Source: Neophaeotheca triangularis
Taxonomy: Eukaryota
Assembly: GCA_054600435.1 (NCBI GenBank)
Contig: BAAIJX010000012.1
Location: forward strand, 496,001-548,468
Direction of reading: 5' to 3'
DNA length: 52,468 bases
Positions 46,856 to 52,468 of this stretch are shown piece after piece (the stretch's first letter is position 1; each line of letters begins with the position of its first letter). The position numbers and the translations under genes are program-made. The notes under the pieces were generated by a model. The model did not search any database. It was not told where the DNA came from and saw only the letters and a program-made list of their open reading frames with translations.

Positions 46856-47659
46856 ATGGGTGGAGGTAATCCATCACCACATTCCTCTCCTCTTTCCACC
46901 CCAACATTAACATCTTCTTCCTCAGAAATCAACGTTGCCTACGACGGCACCTTTGGCGACCTCAGCGCCGCTGGGGGAGCCAACTACTTTGATATGGCCG
47001 ACCTGGACTTTGACACTGCACTTGACAGCTTCACGGCTATTCACGGTAATGGCAACGGCGCTACCGTCTCGCCAAAGGATCTGTTCAACGATTCTGTCCC
47101 TCCATCGACAACCTTCACAAACCTCACCACTCCTGACACGGGCTTCCTCGAGACCCCCGGCGAGAGCTTTGACACATCTCCTCTTTTCCAGGACTCGTTT
47201 GACATGACCAAGAGCGGCGCAGACAACTGGTACCCTCTTTTCGATGACGCCGGCAATGCAGCTTCCATGTCCACTCCTGCTCCCGTGATGCAGCGCACGA
47301 CCTCGAACAACTCAAATGCTCAAGTCATCGTACACCCTGGAGGCGAGTCTCACCGCAAGCGCTCGAGCGTCACAGCGTCGCCCATGACATTCAACTCTCG
47401 TCCTTCCAGCGTCGCAGGCATTCAATCTCGCAAGAACCGCGACAAGACGTTGCCGCCCATTATTGTGGACGAGAACGACTCTGCCGCCTTGAAACGTGCC
47501 CGTAACACTGCCGCCGCCCGCAAGTCTCGTGACAAAAAGGTGCGTGAGCGTGAAGGCTTGGAAGGCGAGATTGCCGAGCTCAAGCGACAAGTCGAACACT
47601 GGCGCAAACTCGCCATCAGCCACGGCGCTGATGCGGCCGACGGTCCTGAAGAGCTGTAA
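46856..47659 (+). CDS. cpc-1: Cross-pathway control bZIP transcription factor (Gcn4/CpcA/CPC-1); probable 60-nt intron 46866-46925
   Basis: TVSPKDLF, SVPPSTTFTNLTTP, TSPLF, NWYPLF and basic region LPPIIVD...ALKRARNTAAARKSRDKK followed by a short zipper. The uORF-containing leader supports the call. Confidence 0.95.
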   Translation: MGGGNPSPHSSPLSTPTLTSSSSEINVAYDGTFGDLSAAGGANYFDMADLDFDTALDSFTAIHGNGNGATVSPKDLFNDSVPPSTTFTNLTTPDTGFLETPGESFDTSPLFQDSFDMTKSGADNWYPLFDDAGNAASMSTPAPVMQRTTSNNSNAQVIVHPGGESHRKRSSVTASPMTFNSRPSSVAGIQSRKNRDKTLPPIIVDENDSAALKRARNTAAARKSRDKKVREREGLEGEIAELKRQVEHWRKLAISHGADAADGPEEL

Positions 47660-48132
47660 ACGGCCTTTTTTCCCCTCTTACCACAATTACCATCGGTCTC
47701 CTTTGCTGGAGTGATCGGTGGTGGAAGCTTTTCTTTTTATTATTCTCCTATTGCGGATGTTTATTCTTTGAAAACAGGGTGAGCTTAATGAGCTGCGGCT
47801 GCTCCCCTACGGCTATGGGTGTTTGTGCGTCAACGGCCGATTCTGATGTCTCGCCTCTTGACCTCCTCTCGCCGGGGGTCAGGGCTTGATGACTCGTGGC
47901 TATTGCTTTCCTAGGGATGGAATCAAAATTGGGAGCGAATTGGAATGGCATCGGTTGGATGCTAAAGGTTCCTTGCTGTGGATTTGTCCACGCCAGACCA
48001 AGAAAAGTTTTAACTGTCTTTTACTACTACTGTTACCATCTTACGTAGTCCATCCAATTGAGATGCATCTTCTCTCAGTCAATCTCTACTTGTCACTATC
48101 GTCTCGTGCATGTTTGCTATTCGGAGCAGTTG

Positions 48133-48800
48133 TGAGTAGTCGGATGAGTACTATGCCTTTGTTACGAATGAGTGGTCGAATGAGTACTATATCTCTATTA
48201 ACTCTTGAGTAATTGAATGAGTACTATTTTATGTCTCTATCAACTATTTAAGTAGTCGAAAGAGTACTAACCTATGCTTCCATTAACTCTTAAGTAGTTA
48301 AATAAGTACTATGCCTCTATCGCGAATAAGTACTATATCTCTATTAACTCTTAAGTAATCGAATGAGTACTACTAGTTAACTTATGCCTGCATTTAACTC
48401 TTGAGTAGTCGAGTGACTACTATGCCTCTGTTATTGTTTGGTCGAATGAAGAGTATTAGGAGGTATGTCTCTATTAACTCTTAAGTTGTCGAATGAGTAC
48501 TATGCCTCTATTACTGTTAAGTCGAATAGATACTATGCCTCTTTTACTATTAAGTAGTCGAATGAGTACTTATTTATGCTTCTATTAACTCGTAAGTAGT
48601 CGAATGGGTAATATACCTCTTATTACTTTAAAGTAGTCGAATGAGTACTATGCCTCTATTACTGTTAAGTCGAATGAGTAATATACCTCTTATACCTCTT
48701 ATTACTTTCAAGTAGTCGAATGCCTCGTTTACTATTAAGTAATCGAATGAGTACTAGGAGGTATACCTTCACCATCTCTCAAGCAGTCGAATGAGCACGT
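48133..48800. repeat. AT-rich degenerate minisatellite, about 18 copies of a ~37-bp unit (consensus AGTAGTCGAATGAGTACTATGCCTCTATTAACTCTTA)
   Basis: The core CGAATGAGTAC or a variant recurs every ~24-50 nt from about 48141 to 48788. AT content is much higher than in the flanks. Confidence 0.9.
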
Positions 48801-48825
48801 GCTCGTGTTCTTTGACAGCTACCTA

Positions 48826-48849
48826 CGACTCGACTCGACTCGACTCGAC
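48826..48849. repeat. (CGACT)n pentanucleotide microsatellite
   Basis: CGACTCGACTCGACTCGACTCGAC. Confidence 0.9.
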
Positions 48850-49312
48850 CATGGATTTTCGAAGAAAGAATGAAGGGTCGCGCGAGCTCAAAACTTAAAA
48901 AGGTGTCGTACCTTGTGCTCCAACGCAGCCAGCTGATTGGTCCATTCCGACGTCGTGCTTTCGACCAGCCAACCGTGATGCTTCTCTAGACCACGGGGAG
49001 CACGCGACACTGGCTACTCCTACCATATCCATACCACTTACCTTTGTACTGTTCAAGGACGAACCCCTCCATCATGTGCCTCTCACAGCTCTTCCGACAT
49101 TCCTCACCATTCCCAACATCTTTGCAACCAGAGGTAGCCGTGGGGATAGCCACTCTCAATAACTTACTCTCCTTTATCAAGCACGCTCGCCCGCCATAGC
49201 ATCCAGTATCAAAACCTCCCCTCCTCTCCCTCCACACCCCACCATTCCCATCGTCCCAGTCACACAACCCACCCCTACCCTTCTCAAACCCCATCCATCC
49301 ACCCACCCAAAC

Positions 49313-51070
49313 ATGCCCCGCCCAACCGCACCCCCAACCCCAGCCTCCAGCACCGACATCCGCGGCAAACAAGGCCCTCCCCAATTCCCCGCCCTCGCCC
49401 TTCCACCCCCAGCCAAAACGACCCGCGCCCCGAGTGAAACCAGCTCCACCCCCTCCCACAACGGCAATGCCAGCGACTCCTCCTACCACCCACTCTCGCC
49501 ACCCAGTCCAGCAAACCCACGAAAAAGAAGCGCCGTGGTACCGGAGGACGAGGACGAGGATTTCGCTCTACCGCCACCGCCAACGCGGAGTCGGAAAATC
49601 ATTCATGTCAAGCCCAAGACTCCCGCCGAGGGGTCTTTGACCGTTGTAGAGGGCGAGGGGGCGAAATCCACTACGACTACGACTACGACTACGACTAGTT
49701 CTGCTGCTACTGCTACTGGGCAGACTAAAGCAACTGCCGGCCATGCTGGTCGCAAGAAGCGAGGTCATGGCTCTGGGAGCTCGACTACAGCCGCTGGCAG
49801 GAAGACGGCCCGCAAGACGGCGCATTCGCTCATCGAGAGGCGGCGGCGTTCCAAAATGAACGACGAGTTTGCCGTGCTGAAGGATATGATTCCCGCTTGC
49901 GAGGGCGTCGAGATGCATAAGTTGGCGATTTTGCAGGCTAGTATCGAGTACCTTTGTTATCTGGAGCGGTGTGTCAAGGAATTGAAAGCGCAGCAAGGAG
50001 GCTCGGGAGCGGGGCCAAGGGCTGCTGTGTGCGTTGATGGGGGACAGGGGGATGAAGGGGAGGAGCATTCTGCGGGATGTCAGCATCGCCACTCGCGGCG
50101 AGTTCTCGACGACGGTGATGGAAAGGAGGACGAGAACGACTACGACGACCAGAACCGCGACGAAGACGAGATCATGTCCGAAGCTCCGCTTTCGCCGCGC
50201 ACGCAGCCTGCCAACTCTTACTCCAACACCAACAACACCGCGAACCCCATCCGGCCTCACACCGATGCAACCTCCTCACCTCATCGCGCACCCAACACCA
50301 ACACCACTCCCAACAACACCACTCCCAACAACACCACTCCCAACAACACCACTCCCAACTCCAACTTCGACTCCAACTCCAACCCCGCCTCCAAACCCAC
50401 CTCCCTCCCCTCCCTCCCCTCCCTCCCCTCCCTCACCCTCCCCTCCATATCCCAGCTAACCGCTACCATCCCCCCAGCCCCAGCCCGGGCTCCCCAGCAA
50501 CAAAGCCCAATCCCAAACGCCACGACTTCCAACCCAGCAACCCACCACTTCTCCGCCCTCTGCGGCACTGCATCTAGCACCCCAAGCTTCCCCGGTTGCA
50601 GCCCCTTTTTATGCTCTCACAAAGTTTCTCCCGCTGGGGGGGCGGGGCCGGGGGTGTTGTTTAGTCTTGGCCGTGATGCTAATGCCGCCGGCAGCGGTAC
50701 CCGCAGCTGGTGGGGGCCAGGGAGTCCAGCTCTCGGGCCCATGGACCTTCGAGGCAGGGGGGGCGTTGAGTCCAGGAGCGAGAGGGGGTGGTGTTGCAGC
50801 GGAGAATTGGGAGGGGAGGGGGATCAAGCCCCGGATCGGGAGCAGTATCAAGACCAAGAGGCAACGGAAGCGCTGTTGATGTTGAATTTCGAGAGGAGGG
50901 AATTTGGTCGAGATGGGGGTGTTGGCCGTCTCGGTAGCGGTGAATCGGCGGCTGGTAACGCTGGAGGTGGCGGTCGAGGGAGTCTTGGGACTGGGGGAGG
51001 TGGGCTTGGTGGTGGTGGTGGAAGAGGCTGTGTCGCTGCTTTGAGCGTGAGGGATTTGTTGAGTCGCTGA
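49313..51070 (+). CDS. bHLH transcription factor
   Basis: RKTAHSLIERRRRSKMNDEFAVLKDMIPAC...MHKLAILQASIEYL (H-E-R basic motif), plus N-terminal FALPPPPTRSRKII and C-terminal EATEALLML and LSVRDLLS motifs. Confidence 0.92.
   Translation: MPRPTAPPTPASSTDIRGKQGPPQFPALALPPPAKTTRAPSETSSTPSHNGNASDSSYHPLSPPSPANPRKRSAVVPEDEDEDFALPPPPTRSRKIIHVKPKTPAEGSLTVVEGEGAKSTTTTTTTTTSSAATATGQTKATAGHAGRKKRGHGSGSSTTAAGRKTARKTAHSLIERRRRSKMNDEFAVLKDMIPACEGVEMHKLAILQASIEYLCYLERCVKELKAQQGGSGAGPRAAVCVDGGQGDEGEEHSAGCQHRHSRRVLDDGDGKEDENDYDDQNRDEDEIMSEAPLSPRTQPANSYSNTNNTANPIRPHTDATSSPHRAPNTNTTPNNTTPNNTTPNNTTPNSNFDSNSNPASKPTSLPSLPSLPSLTLPSISQLTATIPPAPARAPQQQSPIPNATTSNPATHHFSALCGTASSTPSFPGCSPFLCSHKVSPAGGAGPGVLFSLGRDANAAGSGTRSWWGPGSPALGPMDLRGRGGVESRSERGWCCSGELGGEGDQAPDREQYQDQEATEALLMLNFERREFGRDGGVGRLGSGESAAGNAGGGGRGSLGTGGGGLGGGGGRGCVAALSVRDLLSR
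50301..50440 (+). repeat. Coding tandem repeats in the bHLH gene: 15-nt AACACCACTCCCAAC x4 (NTTPN) and 9-nt CTCCCTCCC units (SLP)
   Basis: Directly visible in the DNA and in the translation NTTPNNTTPNNTTPNNTTPN and SLPSLPSLPS. Confidence 0.9.
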
Positions 51071-51606
51071 GTTGGCAGCCCCGGCGCCGGCGCGCTTTTG
51101 GGATCTATGTATTTAACCCCGCGGCTTTGGGCTGGTATTCGCTTGCTCTGGGTGTTTTCTTTTTTTTTAATGCCAAATTGCGCTTTTACCAAGGCGTGAG
51201 GACTTGGGCTTTTTTTTTTTTCAATCATCTTGAGTTACGTTTCTTTCCCCCTTTGGCTACCCCTTGCCCTTTCTAACAAGCACGCGGCAATTCTGCACCG
51301 TCGACACTGACGAGGCAGTTTCGGGGGTTAGTCGGGAACGAAGCGTGCTTGCTGGTGTACACGTCTGTCGGAGGCTCGGACTTTTGTCTTTTGCCGCCGC
51401 TGCTGCTAGTAGTGTTGGATGTATGTATGTAGTTGCGAGCTGCCCCGGGAACCATGAAACTTGTATTAGCAAGGTCTCGACAACTTTCTCTAGGATGGGA
51501 AGGGGTTGGGGGTCGGGGGGCTGAGGGGTGTGGGTGTCTTTACCTGGCTTGTATGCGACTCGATCGTCTGCATGCTGTTAGAGTTTTTTTTTTTTTAGGG
51601 GGTTGA

Positions 51607-51752
51607 TTAGTCGTTTGGTTGGGGGTCAGGGGCGGGATGCTAGGCGCTCGCCGCTCGCTGGAGGAAGAGACGAAGAGATTTAGTCGTTTGATTGAGGGTC
51701 AGGGGCGGGATGCTAGGCGCTCGCCGCTCGCTAGAGGAAGAGACGAAGAGAT
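51607..51752. repeat. Tandem duplication, 2 x 73 bp
   Basis: TTAGTCGTTTG...GACGAAGAGAT occurs at 51607-51679 and 51680-51752, differing at three G/A positions. Confidence 0.9.
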
Positions 51753-52468
51753 GGTTGACGTGCGTCGTGAGAACAGTGGAGTTTTGAACTTTTGTCTTCT
51801 TGATGATGGTGAGTCTTGTTCTTTTTTTTTTTTTTATTGGACTTTCTCAGCTTAGGTTGTTGCGGGAAAAGGGGGGGTTTTGTTTTTACCAAAACATTGA
51901 GGGTACTGGAAGAGAGCAGTTGTTTTGGCCGTAAGTTCATGCGATTATGTGAGTCGGGATGTTTAGTCGTTTATTTTTGGGATGCTTTTGCGATGTCGTC
52001 TTTTGTGTATACATATGCGGGAGATCTGTCTAGCGAGCGCTGTTAAGCTAGTTGTAGAAGAGTTCAAGGTTTGACTATGTATATTTATATGTTCCGTGAA
52101 GAGTCCCCGATCATCTTCCTACGTTAGAAGGCCACTAGATGACTTCATACTTTTTGAGTCCTCCTTTACACTAGCAAGGTCGTCTGTATAAGAATCAAGT
52201 TTAGGTAGATGTCGGATCGGTACCTACTTTTAAAAGAGAACCACATACCGCCGTCGAGATTGGACACCGCACCTCAGCTTTACACGTCATACGGCGATGT
52301 ACCACTACAAGTACACAGCGCATATCGATGGGTGGAAAGTGCTCAACACCGACCCCAACTAACCGCAAACACTCTCCCAAGACCCCGGACCCATGTCAAC
52401 CTCCAACACCAAACCAACCTCAAGACCCATCCATTTATCCATCCAAGCAACCCACCCCCCCCCCCCCC

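Noticed and set aside
48133..48800. CRISPR-like appearance of the regularly spaced CGAATGAGTAC core
   Set aside because: The intervening segments are homologous to each other rather than unique spacers, the cores are degenerate, no cas genes are present and the DNA is eukaryotic.
52449..52468. Terminal poly-C run as a possible telomere
   Set aside because: It is a homopolymer, not (CCCTAA)n. Similar C and T runs occur elsewhere in the window.

Overview
Eukaryotic, intron-containing DNA from a filamentous ascomycete (Pezizomycotina, probably a Dothideomycete; the taxon is inferred from gene and intron style only). The window holds about 15 protein-coding genes, most needing splicing that the ORF track misses: a Myb/SANT protein, OPI3, SAS10/UTP3, an HSL-type alpha/beta hydrolase, a small LYR/DUF1763-like protein, an intact PNP_UDP-NB-ARC-TPR fungal NLR, an Aa_trans amino-acid permease, SSD1/gul-1, GLE1, a 3xLIM protein, ARF1, CPD1, a mucin-like single-pass protein, an uncharacterised membrane-anchored protein facing away from a decayed second NLR, cpc-1/GCN4 and a bHLH factor. 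Most notable: (1) the NLR TPR array is built from two repeat types joined by a chimeric repeat and shows RIP-like codon bias; (2) the cpc-1 leader has two uORFs plus a 166-codon stop-free in-frame extension with a well-placed ACG; (3) GLE1 is followed, after a single TAG, by 201 more in-frame codons; (4) an approximately 18-copy 37-bp minisatellite has an end copy that keeps CpA where the others have TpA; (5) the divergent NLR-pseudogene/membrane-protein pair may be co-decaying. No rRNA, tRNA, CRISPR array or intact transposon was recognised. All exon boundaries were read by eye.
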